A stretch of 30,524 bases of DNA from an uncultured Clostridia bacterium (GCA_947176975.1 CAMWSW010000001.1:1-30524), one strand, 5' to 3'. Positions 1 to 8,568 are shown, counted from the stretch's first letter. A program made the numbers and translations. Notes: generated by a model not told the origin, from the sequence alone.

Positions 1-1320
1 AACGCTGGACTTCCGCAAATCGACGAAAAACAAATGCTCACCGAGATGGTAAAGTATATCCAAAGTCTTACCGACGCGCCACTTCAAATCGACTGCGGAA
101 AACCCGAGGCAATAGAAAGCGCATTGAGATATTACAACGGCAAGCCAATCGTCAATTCCGTCAACGCGGAAGAGAAGTCTTTGAACAGCATTTTGCCTAT
201 CGTAGCCAAATACGGCGCAAGCGTGGTAGGCTTGACCATCGACGAGAAGGGCATACCAAAGACGGTGGAAGAGAGAGTGCGTCTTGCCGAAAAGATAATA
301 GAGAGAGCAAAAAGCTACGGCATAAGAGAAGAGGACGTTTATATCGACTGTCTTACGTTGACCGTCAGCGCAGAACCCGACCAAGCTCTTAATACGCTCA
401 AAGCGATAGAGATACTCAAGGGCAAATACAATATCAAGACGGTGCTTGGCGTGTCCAACATATCATTTGGTCTTCCCGCCCGTCAAATCATCAACACTGC
501 CTTCTTGACAATGGCAATGCACGCGGGACTTGATTTGCCGATACTCAATCCCAATATCCCCGAGAATATGCAAGCCGTCGACGCTTTCAACGTGCTCTCT
601 TGCAATGATAAAAATTGCATGGCGTATACAGCCAAATATGCGGACTATGCAGGTACGCAAATTATCAAGAAAGATACCGCAAAGAGCGAAGGCGCAAGCG
701 GGGATAAAGACATATTCTATTGCATAGAAAAGGGACTTGACAGAGCTAGCGCGTTGACGGCAGAATTGCTCAAGACTCACGACGCTTTGAAAGTAATCGA
801 CGATTATCTTATTCCCGCATTAAACAGAGTGGGAGACAATTACGAAAAGGGCAAGATATTCCTTCCTCAACTCATTGCGTCTGCCGATTGCGCAAAAGCT
901 TGTTTTGACGTCGTAAAGAAAAATCTACCCGTCGGTACGAATACCGAGAAAGGCAAAATAGTGCTTGCCACAGTCAAAGGCGACGTGCATGATATAGGCA
1001 AAAATATCGTCAAAACAGTGCTTGAGAATTACGGATATAAAGTCATTGACCTTGGCAAAAACGTACCGCCTATGACGGTAGTCGAAGCAGTAAAAGAGAA
1101 TAATATCAAACTTTGCGGACTGTCTGCGCTTATGACGACGACGGTAGAGAATATGCAAGAGACTGTGAGACTCCTCAAAGAGCATTGTCCCGATTGCAAA
1201 GTAATGGTGGGCGGCGCGGTACTCACGGAAGAATACGCAAAGCAAATAGGCGCGGATAAATATTGCAAGGATGCCAACCAGAGTGCGAAGTATGCAGGTT
1301 TGGTGTTCAAAGAGAATTAA
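1..1320 (+). CDS. metH: Cobalamin-dependent methionine synthase, 5'-truncated by the window edge (pterin-binding, cap and B12-binding domains)
   Basis: Frame is open from base 1 (NAGLPQIDEKQMLTEMV...). Pterin-domain motifs LQID, IVNSVN and LGVSNISFGLP; B12 motif VKGDVHDIGKNIV...LSALMTTT...VMVGGA. Ends after the B12 domain. Confidence 0.9.
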   Translation, partial: NAGLPQIDEKQMLTEMVKYIQSLTDAPLQIDCGKPEAIESALRYYNGKPIVNSVNAEEKSLNSILPIVAKYGASVVGLTIDEKGIPKTVEERVRLAEKIIERAKSYGIREEDVYIDCLTLTVSAEPDQALNTLKAIEILKGKYNIKTVLGVSNISFGLPARQIINTAFLTMAMHAGLDLPILNPNIPENMQAVDAFNVLSCNDKNCMAYTAKYADYAGTQIIKKDTAKSEGASGDKDIFYCIEKGLDRASALTAELLKTHDALKVIDDYLIPALNRVGDNYEKGKIFLPQLIASADCAKACFDVVKKNLPVGTNTEKGKIVLATVKGDVHDIGKNIVKTVLENYGYKVIDLGKNVPPMTVVEAVKENNIKLCGLSALMTTTVENMQETVRLLKEHCPDCKVMVGGAVLTEEYAKQIGADKYCKDANQSAKYAGLVFKEN

Positions 1321-1325
1321 ACTGT

Positions 1326-1362
1326 AGAGATTTCTCCACGCACTGCGTTTGGTCGAAATGAT
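1326..1362. repeat. Single REP/MITE-like palindromic unit GAGATTTCTCCACGCACTGCGTTTGGTCGAAATGAT
   Basis: Nested inverted repeats ATTTC/GAAAT, CC/GG and ACGC/GCGT, directly after the metH stop. Resembles dispersed 'GAGATTTCTC...CGAAATGAC' intergenic repeats by recall only. Confidence 0.4.
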
Positions 1363-1379
1363 AAAAGAGGATTAAATGT

Positions 1380-1781
1380 ATGAAAAAGACGTTGCAAGTA
1401 GTGGGCGCAATAATCGTAAAGGATGGCAGAATTCTAGCCGTCAAGCGCGGAGAAAATAAGAACAAAGCGGTGGCTTTTAAATACGAATTCCCGGGTGGAA
1501 AAATCGAGCAAGGCGAAACCCCACAGCAAGCTCTCAAAAGAGAACTCCTCGAAGAGATGAATTACGATATAGAAGTGGGCGAGGAGTTTATGTCGGTATC
1601 TTACGAATACGACGACGTAATCGTCAATTTGCATACATACCTTTGCAGACCGCTATCCGATTCTTATACGCTCAATGAGCATATCGACGATAAGTGGCTT
1701 TTGCCAAAAGAGCTTATGAGTATTGAGTGGGCTCCGGCGGATTACGATATTATTGCGACATTAGGTGATACGGTTTTCTAA
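1380..1781 (+). CDS. mutT: NUDIX hydrolase, MutT/NudG-type (d)NTP pyrophosphohydrolase
   Basis: Nudix box GGKIEQGETPQQALKRELLEEM, N-terminal VVGAIIVKDGRIL, C-terminal WAPAD. RBS AGAGG upstream. Confidence 0.85.
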   Translation: MKKTLQVVGAIIVKDGRILAVKRGENKNKAVAFKYEFPGGKIEQGETPQQALKRELLEEMNYDIEVGEEFMSVSYEYDDVIVNLHTYLCRPLSDSYTLNEHIDDKWLLPKELMSIEWAPADYDIIATLGDTVF

Positions 1782-1783
1782 TT

Positions 1784-1987
1784 CTATTGATTCATTACTT
1801 TATTAGCATCTAAATCAAGTATTTCACAGATATTTGCAAAGACCACAACAGGTGGTAGTTTTTCTCCTTTGACGTAACTCTCAAGTAGCTTTTGCGATAT
1901 GCCTAATTGCTTTGCAAGAGTAGGCAGGTCAAATTGAATTTTTTGTATTGCATTTGCAAATCTAATTTTAATTGTTTCCTTTTCCAT
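1784..1987 (-). CDS. XRE-family HTH regulator (Cro-like, 67 aa)
   Basis: HTH pattern LPTLAKQLGISQKLLESYVKGEKLP. GGAGG RBS 5 nt before the ATG at 1987, which is preferred over the ORF-track start at 1999. Confidence 0.8.
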   Translation of the reverse strand: MEKETIKIRFANAIQKIQFDLPTLAKQLGISQKLLESYVKGEKLPPVVVFANICEILDLDANKVMNQ

Positions 1988-2005
1988 AGTAACCTCCACA
2001 AATAT

Positions 2006-2034
2006 ATTATATACGACAATCTGTCGTAATGCAA
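2006..2034 (-). promoter_or_regulatory. sigmaA promoter of the leftward XRE gene: TTGCAT-17-TATAAT
   Basis: Plus strand ATGCAA at 2029-2034 and ATTATA at 2006-2011; 17-bp spacer. Confidence 0.8.
2012..2028. promoter_or_regulatory. Palindromic operator TACGACA-ATC-TGTCGTA, with a second half-site TACGACA at 2041-2047
   Basis: Perfect 7-bp inverted repeat with a 3-bp spacer, lying between two divergent XRE genes. Confidence 0.8.
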
Positions 2035-2067
2035 GTATTTTACGACAAATTACAATATAATGGCAAT

Positions 2068-2271
2068 ATGAGCATTGGAAAGAGAATTAAAGATATAAGA
2101 TTAGAACGCAATTTATCCCAAACGGAATTTGCTATAAGAATTGGCACAACACAAGATAGCATATCTCTTTGGGAGAATGATAAGCGATTGCCTGACACAA
2201 TATACATAATCAATATGTGTAAAGAGTTTAACGTATCGGCAGATTATTTATTAGGCATAGAAGAAAATTAA
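2068..2271 (+). CDS. XRE-family HTH regulator (67 aa), probably leaderless
   Basis: MSIGKRIKDIRLERNLSQTEFAIRIGTTQDSISLWENDKRLP...FNVSADYLLG is a canonical XRE. No RBS; TATAAT at 2056-2061 lies 6 nt before the ATG. Confidence 0.85.
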   Translation: MSIGKRIKDIRLERNLSQTEFAIRIGTTQDSISLWENDKRLPDTIYIINMCKEFNVSADYLLGIEEN

Positions 2272-3152
2272 ATTTTCAGTATAATCGTCAACACCTCGTT
2301 TTTATATTCGGCGGAGATATCACCGCCGATTTGTTTTGTAAGCTGTTTGGCGATTGACAATCCCAGTCCCGTGGAGTACTTGCTATTCTCTACGGTGAAG
2401 AATCTGTCGAAAAGTTTACCTACGTCCACGTTGTTAAGGTTGTGGGCGGTATTGGAGAAGCGTATCGCTCCGTCGTCAGTGATATTGATGATGAAGTCGC
2501 CGTCGCTGTATTTGATTGCATTTTCGATTATATTTGAAAAGATTCGCGTCAGTGAGTTTTTGTTTGTTATTCTCACTATTGAGCTTTCGCAAGCCGTGAT
2601 ACGCGGAGTGATTCCTCTTTCGCAAAACTTGGTGTAGAATGAGAAAAGAGTCTCTTGCAGATGCAAATTGACGTCGACTTTTTCCACCTCCTGAAACTTT
2701 TCGGAATTGGTGGAGACGGAGTACTTGAAAAGCTCTTCAGACAATACTTTGAGAGCGTTTGCTCGCTCTGAAATTATAGAGAGGTATTTATCGAATTTGG
2801 CGGGATCGCTTTCTTCTTTCATCATATCGGCGTAACCGCATATCGCGGTAAGGGGAGTGCGTATGTCGTGGGCGACGTTGGTGATCGCCGATTTGAGTTC
2901 TTTATCGCCGTTGGTATATGTCAGTTCTTTTTCTCTCAAATCTTTGAGTTTGGTATTCAATATGGTGGCAAGACTTGCCATATCCTTATCTGCGCTTGAT
3001 ACGTTTATCAAAGCGTTGGTATCGCCCTCAATCAACTTTGAGAATTGTTCGTTTATCTCTCTCGTAGACTTTTTCATGACGAGTACTTTTACTGTCGTTA
3101 TTATAAGCGAGATAGCAAGCGCAGCGCTTAAAATTGTCAAAAAAACTATCAT
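2268..3152 (-). CDS. Sensor histidine kinase with a single N-terminal TM (intramembrane-sensing type)
   Basis: H-box NVAHDIRTPLTAICGY, N-box IFSNIIENAIKYS, LFDRFFTV and G-box STGLGLSIAK. RBS GGAG. Confidence 0.92.
   Translation of the reverse strand: MIVFLTILSAALAISLIITTVKVLVMKKSTREINEQFSKLIEGDTNALINVSSADKDMASLATILNTKLKDLREKELTYTNGDKELKSAITNVAHDIRTPLTAICGYADMMKEESDPAKFDKYLSIISERANALKVLSEELFKYSVSTNSEKFQEVEKVDVNLHLQETLFSFYTKFCERGITPRITACESSIVRITNKNSLTRIFSNIIENAIKYSDGDFIINITDDGAIRFSNTAHNLNNVDVGKLFDRFFTVENSKYSTGLGLSIAKQLTKQIGGDISAEYKNEVLTIILKI
2308..2337 (+). terminator. Putative intrinsic terminator for the rightward XRE gene, embedded in the antisense kinase CDS
   Basis: TCGGCGG-AGATATCA-CCGCCGA followed by TTTGTTTT, 37 nt after the XRE stop. 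Confidence 0.5.
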
Positions 3153-3168
3153 ATGATTCTCCTTTGCG

Positions 3169-3954
3169 TTACTTTATAGCTGATTTTTTGAATACCGTTA
3201 GACCGATTATAGCAGTGAGCAAAATCCAGATTATTGGTATTACAATGTAAACAACGTACGTTGTAGTCATCATACTGTACAGTATCGTACTGCCAAATGC
3301 AATCAAAGTATCGATTCCAGTCGGATAAAAATTAAGTAGGTTTAGCGTCTCGTAAGCATAATTGCTACCTGCCATAACATACCAAGTGACGAACATAGCG
3401 ACAAGATTCAATACGACTCCGGTCACGGTTGAGACCAACGCATTTTTCATATTCATTATTATCGCCGTATAAAGCGATACGTATGCCGCCACCGTCAATA
3501 TGTTGTATAGCGCAATCCATAGCAGCATTTGGCCAATATAGTCGCCAAATAAATTCCACAGCGAAGAATTAAATGTCCAACCAAAGAAAAACGGCAGCGT
3601 GACGCATAGGTATACAAATTGAAGAGCAATAACGCATATGAAGTACGCCAACAAATTAGACGCGTATATTTGTTCTTTTGAGTATCCTATTATGATTTTG
3701 TTGCGTATGGCGTTGTTGGAGAAATCGGCGTTCATGATTATGCACAAAATCAACATTATGATTATGCCGGTGAACGGACTGCCGCTCAATCCGTAATTGG
3801 AGATTGGGTAATCGGCGGATCTGATATCAATCTTGTCGATTTGACATAGCCATATCGAGAGAATCAAGCCGTACAATATATACGTCGCGGAGCATATCCA
3901 AAAGGTCTTGCTTGAAAGTATTCTTTTAAGATTACTGCGTAGTAGTTTAATCAT
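3169..3954 (-). CDS. ABC-2 type permease
   Basis: About six hydrophobic segments; motif DFSNNAIRNKIIIGYSKEQIYASNLL. Confidence 0.85.
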   Translation of the reverse strand: MIKLLRSNLKRILSSKTFWICSATYILYGLILSIWLCQIDKIDIRSADYPISNYGLSGSPFTGIIIMLILCIIMNADFSNNAIRNKIIIGYSKEQIYASNLLAYFICVIALQFVYLCVTLPFFFGWTFNSSLWNLFGDYIGQMLLWIALYNILTVAAYVSLYTAIIMNMKNALVSTVTGVVLNLVAMFVTWYVMAGSNYAYETLNLLNFYPTGIDTLIAFGSTILYSMMTTTYVVYIVIPIIWILLTAIIGLTVFKKSAIK

Positions 3955-4043
3955 GATATTGTTCCTTGTGTTTTAAATTATAGGTTACGCGTTGCGCGAG
4001 TTTTATAGCAAAACCCACGCAACGCAAATTTAGGGGGTGATTG

Positions 4044-4901
4044 TCACTTGATATTTGCCTTTTTGAATATCGCAGTTCCCGCGCTTGTGATTGCAGGTAT
4101 CAGTCCGAGAGAGTATAACATCATTTGCCAGCCGTGGGTATATGCGCCTTCGCGTGAGATTTGCGAACTTTGTCCGCTTGGGAAGAAGTCTATCAAAAAT
4201 TGACAGAAGTCACGTACTGTTTTGCTCGGAAGTTCGGGATTGGGGATTTCAATCCAAATAACTCTTCCATGTTCATCGTATATCGTGTTGCCGAATTCGT
4301 CTTCCATAAAGCTCATTACATAAGGCGGCATAGACGCGTAATGGTAAGCAATATATGCAAGCAATGCGCCTGCAGTCAAAATTAGTGCCGAGATTATTAT
4401 CGAGGCGGTGGAGTTTTTGCTGTTCATGACTATAAAAGTCATTATCGAAGAGTACGTCATCAACATAAGCGCGCCGTTGACTAACATCCAAATTATCGTA
4501 CTTGCGGACGACGTGAACTTGCCTAGTATCGGCATTCCCAAGATAAATACTATAAGTATATATATTACGCTCAATGCAAGAGACATTATCATGGTCGTCA
4601 AAAGATTTGCGAGATAAATATTGCTCCGTGAATGCCCCATAATAATTTTGTTTTTTAAAGTTCCGTTGTGGAAATCGGTACTGAAAATAATAGAGCATAG
4701 GATAGCGATGAATACGCCTTGCATTGGAAACCACTCTACGCCGTAGTTGAGCGCAAGCAATCTGTCGCTTGTAATGGGTTCATAAGTATCTTTCTCAATA
4801 AGCGTCACTATAATGGGATATAAGGCGTACAACGACATACATATCCAAAAGGTTGCGCTTTTGAGCAATCTTGCCATATTGGCGCGAAGTAATTTAATCA
4901 T
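4044..4901 (-). CDS. ABC-2 type permease, paralog of the downstream permease
   Basis: Motif DFHNGTLKNKIIMGHSRSNIYLANLL. GGAGG RBS before the ATG at 4901; start overlaps the ATPase stop. Confidence 0.85.
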   Translation of the reverse strand: MIKLLRANMARLLKSATFWICMSLYALYPIIVTLIEKDTYEPITSDRLLALNYGVEWFPMQGVFIAILCSIIFSTDFHNGTLKNKIIMGHSRSNIYLANLLTTMIMSLALSVIYILIVFILGMPILGKFTSSASTIIWMLVNGALMLMTYSSIMTFIVMNSKNSTASIIISALILTAGALLAYIAYHYASMPPYVMSFMEDEFGNTIYDEHGRVIWIEIPNPELPSKTVRDFCQFLIDFFPSGQSSQISREGAYTHGWQMMLYSLGLIPAITSAGTAIFKKANIK

Positions 4902-5808
4902 TGTTTTCGCCTCCAAGAAGATTGATATAATACGATTCCAAGGTTTCGTCTTTTTCGCTTACTTTGATGAGTGAGATATCATGGCTCTTGAGTATATCGC
5001 TCAAGGCGGATACGCTTATCTCGCCGTAGAGTTCACCTTCGGTGGAAGAAGTGAGCTTGTATTGCAAGCCAGTTTCGTCGAGCGCAGAGCATAGTTCAAC
5101 GCCGGTATCCACAGTGAAGACGATACGCTTTTTGAGGTTACTTTCAAGTTGCTCTTTGGTGATTTCTTTGAGTATCTTGCCTTTGTCGATAAAGCCGTAG
5201 TGCGTGGCAATCTTGGAGAGTTCGTCAAGATAATGGCTTGATATCAAGAAAGTGATATTGCGCTCTTTGTTGAGCTTGAGTATCAGTTCTCTTATCTCCA
5301 CGATACCTTGCGGGTCAAGTCCGTTAATAGGCTCGTCAAGCACGACGAAGTCGGGATCGGACGCCAATGCCAACGCAATGCCAAGTCTTTGGCGCATACC
5401 GAGAGAGAAGTTGCGGACGAGTTTTTTGCCCGTGTCTTTTAGGTCGACAGTTTCGAGAAGTTCATCAATCCCGTCGAAGGACGGCTTGCCGAGTAATAAA
5501 TACTGTTGTTTGAGGTTATCCCTTGCGCTCATGTATCCGTAAAGCGCAGGGGATTCGATAATTCCGCCCATTCGTCTGCGCGACGCATAAATCTCTTTGC
5601 TTGAATAGAGCGCTCCGTAGATTGAGTAAGATCCGCTTGTCGGCGCTTGCAGTCCGCAGATAATACGAATCAAAGTGGTTTTACCTGCGCCGTTCTTGCC
5701 GATAAAACCGTAGATTGCGCCTTTTGGTACGTTCATCGTCAAGCCGTCAAGCGCAATAAATTTGCGATACTTTTTTGATAATCTGTCTACAGTTAAACAA
5801 TATTCCAT
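4894..5808 (-). CDS. ABC transporter ATP-binding protein (BcrA/lantibiotic-immunity-like)
   Basis: Walker A GKNGAGKTT, signature FSLGMRQRL, Walker B VVLDEPINGLD and the SSH switch. Confidence 0.95.
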   Translation of the reverse strand: MEYCLTVDRLSKKYRKFIALDGLTMNVPKGAIYGFIGKNGAGKTTLIRIICGLQAPTSGSYSIYGALYSSKEIYASRRRMGGIIESPALYGYMSARDNLKQQYLLLGKPSFDGIDELLETVDLKDTGKKLVRNFSLGMRQRLGIALALASDPDFVVLDEPINGLDPQGIVEIRELILKLNKERNITFLISSHYLDELSKIATHYGFIDKGKILKEITKEQLESNLKKRIVFTVDTGVELCSALDETGLQYKLTSSTEGELYGEISVSALSDILKSHDISLIKVSEKDETLESYYINLLGGENND

Positions 5809-5854
5809 GATAGAATACTCCTTTATTCTAGTACTCTTATATTATCGTATAAAA

Positions 5855-5894
5855 ATCAAGGAATTTATAAATAAACGTCAAGAAATTGTCAAGA
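5855..5894 (-). promoter_or_regulatory. Putative OmpR-family binding site: direct repeat TCTTGAC-n4-TCTTGAC upstream of the ABC ATPase
   Basis: GTCAAGA at 5877-5883 and 5888-5894 (11-bp period), plus in-phase ATCAAGG at 5855-5861. Confidence 0.55.
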
Positions 5895-6548
5895 TTTCAA
5901 TTTATAGCCGATTCCCCATACCGCTGCAATGTAATCTTTGTCGGTTGCGTTCTTGAGTTTGGTACGCAAGTTGGCGATATGCGTGCGCAGAGAACTCTCT
6001 TCGCAGTCGGGCGTAAGGTCTTCGATTTGCGTCATTATCGCGTCTTTGGAAAATACCTTGTCGGGATTTTGCATAAGAGTGTAGAGTACTGCGAATTCCG
6101 TCTTTGTGAGTTTGATTGGCGTATTGTTTACGCTTGCGCTGTATGTCGACAAATCTACCGTTATGCCGTCAAATTGGAGACAGTCCGAGCGGCGCGCGCT
6201 TTCGCGCAAATGCACTTGTATTCTTGCAAGAAGTTCTTTTATGTCAAAGGGCTTGGTCACGTAATCCACTGCGCCCGAAAGCAACAGATTGACTTTGTTG
6301 TCTATATCCACTTTTGCACTTACTACGATTACGGGTATATTTTGAATTTTGGGCAAAAGCTCCTCGCCCGAAAGCCCGGGGAGCATTAAATCAAGCAATA
6401 TCAAGTCGGGACTATTACTCTGTATTACGTACAAAGCTTCCGTGCCGGAGTAAGCCCGAGCGACAGCGTAGCCGTTCTTTTTGAGCAGCTCTTGCAACAT
6501 ATCTCCAATATATACGTCGTCGTCAATAATGAGTATTGTCTTTTGCAT
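5889..6548 (-). CDS. OmpR/PhoB-family response regulator
   Basis: ILIIDDD, DLILLDLMLP, KPF and C-terminal VWGIGYK. GAGGG RBS before the ATG at 6548. Confidence 0.95.
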   Translation of the reverse strand: MQKTILIIDDDVYIGDMLQELLKKNGYAVARAYSGTEALYVIQSNSPDLILLDLMLPGLSGEELLPKIQNIPVIVVSAKVDIDNKVNLLLSGAVDYVTKPFDIKELLARIQVHLRESARRSDCLQFDGITVDLSTYSASVNNTPIKLTKTEFAVLYTLMQNPDKVFSKDAIMTQIEDLTPDCEESSLRTHIANLRTKLKNATDKDYIAAVWGIGYKLKS

Positions 6549-6579
6549 ACGCCCTCGCTTAAGGTTAATCATTAGTTTT

Positions 6580-6608
6580 AGTATATTGTAATTTTATATA
6601 TTTGTCAA
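6580..6608 (-). promoter_or_regulatory. sigmaA promoter of the response regulator: TTGACA-17-TATACT
   Basis: Plus strand TGTCAA at 6603-6608 and AGTATA at 6580-6585. Confidence 0.8.
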
Positions 6609-6645
6609 TATGGTTTTTTTTCATTTAAATGGGCATAATTGCGAT

Positions 6646-6885
6646 ATGAGAGAAATTATCAGACACATTGATGAAGTAAAAAGAAGAGTTGGGCTTATCG
6701 TAGGTCAGCCCATGACTTTCGAGGTCAACAAAGGTCGCAACAAGTTCGTCAAATTCGACGGCTATATCCAAGACGCTTATCCCGCGATTTTTACCGTGCG
6801 TTGCATGATTGAGGGCGAAGAAGAATTATTGTCATATTCTTATAATGATATATTGACTCGCAACGTACGGATAAATAGAAAATAA
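6646..6885 (+). CDS. veg: Veg family protein
   Basis: VNKGRNK...GYIQDAYPAIFTV...SYSYNDILT. ATG at 6646 preferred; no RBS, CATAAT 6 nt upstream. Confidence 0.85.
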   Translation: MREIIRHIDEVKRRVGLIVGQPMTFEVNKGRNKFVKFDGYIQDAYPAIFTVRCMIEGEEELLSYSYNDILTRNVRINRK

Positions 6886-6899
6886 AATTTGTCATATTG

Positions 6900-6928
6900 T
6901 CATATTGCCGCACTGCTCACAATATACT
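6900..6928 (+). promoter_or_regulatory. Putative sigmaE (mother-cell) promoter
   Basis: TCATA at 6900-6904, 16 nt, then AATATACT at 6921-6928, matching the ATA-n16-18-cATAcanT consensus. Lies before a coat morphogenetic gene. Confidence 0.55.
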
Positions 6929-6958
6929 ATGGTGTAAAAACATATTGGCGGAGGATAT

Positions 6959-8458
6959 ATGGCAATCAATACAATATTTAAGAGCGTAAGCTCGGATTAT
7001 GAAAGAAATCTAGACGGAAAGCAAATCGTAATGCAGTGCAACTTCGACACAACGTCCAAGGGCGGTGTGAGCAAAGTATGCGCTTTGTCGAGCGACGCTC
7101 AAATCACCAAGGTGCAGGCGTTGTCAAAACAAATCAAGATAAGCGGAAGAGTTTCGCTCAAACTCGTATATCTCGACGGAGAGGGAAAGCTCAATAGTTT
7201 TGACTATATCTCCGACTTCTCGGAGGACGTCGCAGACGACGCGGTAATCGCGGATATGCCTTGCTTGGTGAGAGCAAGTATTGTCGACAGCGTGTCAAGT
7301 ATATCGGGCACTGAAATCAAGGTGCAGACAGTGGTTGAGCTTTCGCCTACCGTCGTTGAGATAAGTACCGTCGACCTTCTCGAAGAGGGCGAGGGAGCTT
7401 TGGCGTTGAGGCAGGAGCAGGATTATCAACAATATATAGCTACCGTAAGCGAAGAAGTGGAAGTGAGCGAAGAATACGACTGCGGAGCAAGAGTAGACGA
7501 CGTGCTTTTCTATGACGCAAAGGTCTTGGTCTGCAACGTTGACAACGCCGACGATAAGTTGACCGTCAGCGGTCAATTGGAGATAAGCGTCATCTATTCA
7601 AGCGAAGGCGTTCAAGCCACGAAGAATATCAATTTGCCTTTCGTGCAAGAGCTTGCGACTCGCGGAGAAGATTTGCGCGCTTGCATAGTTGCAAACGTCA
7701 AAGACAGCAGATTGATTATCGAGGGCGATGACAACGACAATACCTTGAAGATGATTATATGCGTATCTTTGCAAGGATTCGTTATGCAAGTGGAGAAGAC
7801 GACTGCAATCGTAGATTTGTATTCGCCTACCAACGCTTTGCAAATCAGCAATGAGACGGTGCGCTTTGACAGACAAAACGGCGTAATGCGTTTTGAAGAG
7901 AGAATCACCGGCAGCGTGGCAGTAGAAAACGAAGACGAGAGTATCAAGAGTATTATCAGCAGCGTCGTTACGCAAAATACTCTTTCAAATATCGTTGCAA
8001 TGCAAGATAGCGTACTTGCCGAAGGCATACTCAATACTTGCGTAATATATATGAGCGAAGGCGGAAGTATCAAGTGTATTCAAGTTGAATTGCCTTATTC
8101 TTTGCAATTTGAAAGAGAGGGAGTAAGACCTGACGATATACTTTGCGGCAACGCTATTGCGACGGATTGCGCTCACAAAGTAAAGCGTGACAGAGAAGTC
8201 GAATTGACGGCTAATATCGTCTTGTCCGTATGCTCCAAGACTCCGATTGAAAACGTCGTAATCAAAGCTGTCGAAGAGGGCGAAGCTTTGCAAGTCAACA
8301 ACAGCGCAATCAGCGTCTATCTCCCAAGCAAGGGCGAAAGCATTTGGCAAGTCGCAAAGACTTTGGGTATGTCAATAGAGAGCATTATGGCGCAAAATCC
8401 CGACTTGCGCGACGTTATGCAAGGCGATGAGAGAATCGTTATATATCGTGAGATATAA
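6959..8458 (+). CDS. SPOCS (DUF3794)-repeat plus C-terminal LysM-like protein, SipL-like spore coat assembly protein
   Basis: Three similar acidic beta-rich modules ending in 'LPF/LPY' or equivalent; C-terminal YLPSKGESIWQVAKTLGMSIESIMAQNP; positioned between veg and ispE. GGAGG RBS. Confidence 0.8.
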   Translation: MAINTIFKSVSSDYERNLDGKQIVMQCNFDTTSKGGVSKVCALSSDAQITKVQALSKQIKISGRVSLKLVYLDGEGKLNSFDYISDFSEDVADDAVIADMPCLVRASIVDSVSSISGTEIKVQTVVELSPTVVEISTVDLLEEGEGALALRQEQDYQQYIATVSEEVEVSEEYDCGARVDDVLFYDAKVLVCNVDNADDKLTVSGQLEISVIYSSEGVQATKNINLPFVQELATRGEDLRACIVANVKDSRLIIEGDDNDNTLKMIICVSLQGFVMQVEKTTAIVDLYSPTNALQISNETVRFDRQNGVMRFEERITGSVAVENEDESIKSIISSVVTQNTLSNIVAMQDSVLAEGILNTCVIYMSEGGSIKCIQVELPYSLQFEREGVRPDDILCGNAIATDCAHKVKRDREVELTANIVLSVCSKTPIENVVIKAVEEGEALQVNNSAISVYLPSKGESIWQVAKTLGMSIESIMAQNPDLRDVMQGDERIVIYREI

Positions 8459-8535
8459 TTGTTGGGCTCGAAGTGAGGCTAGGCAAATCTAAAATGCGCC
8501 TTTGAATTAAGATAATTTACCAGTGATAATTTTAT

Positions 8536-8568
8536 GCCACTCCTTTCTCTTTGAACGGGGTGGCTTTT
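8536..8568 (+). terminator. Intrinsic terminator after the SipL-like gene
   Basis: GCCACTCC...GGGGTGGC stem (one G-U pair) followed by TTTT. Confidence 0.65.

Noticed and set aside
1784-6608. Prophage or ICE suggested by the XRE pair
   Set aside because: No integrase, excisionase, relaxase, structural genes or att repeats are visible.
8459-8535. Possible riboswitch or ncRNA between the SipL-like gene and its terminator
   Set aside because: No recognisable conserved motif (c-di-GMP, SAM, T-box, 6S); an Rfam scan would be needed.
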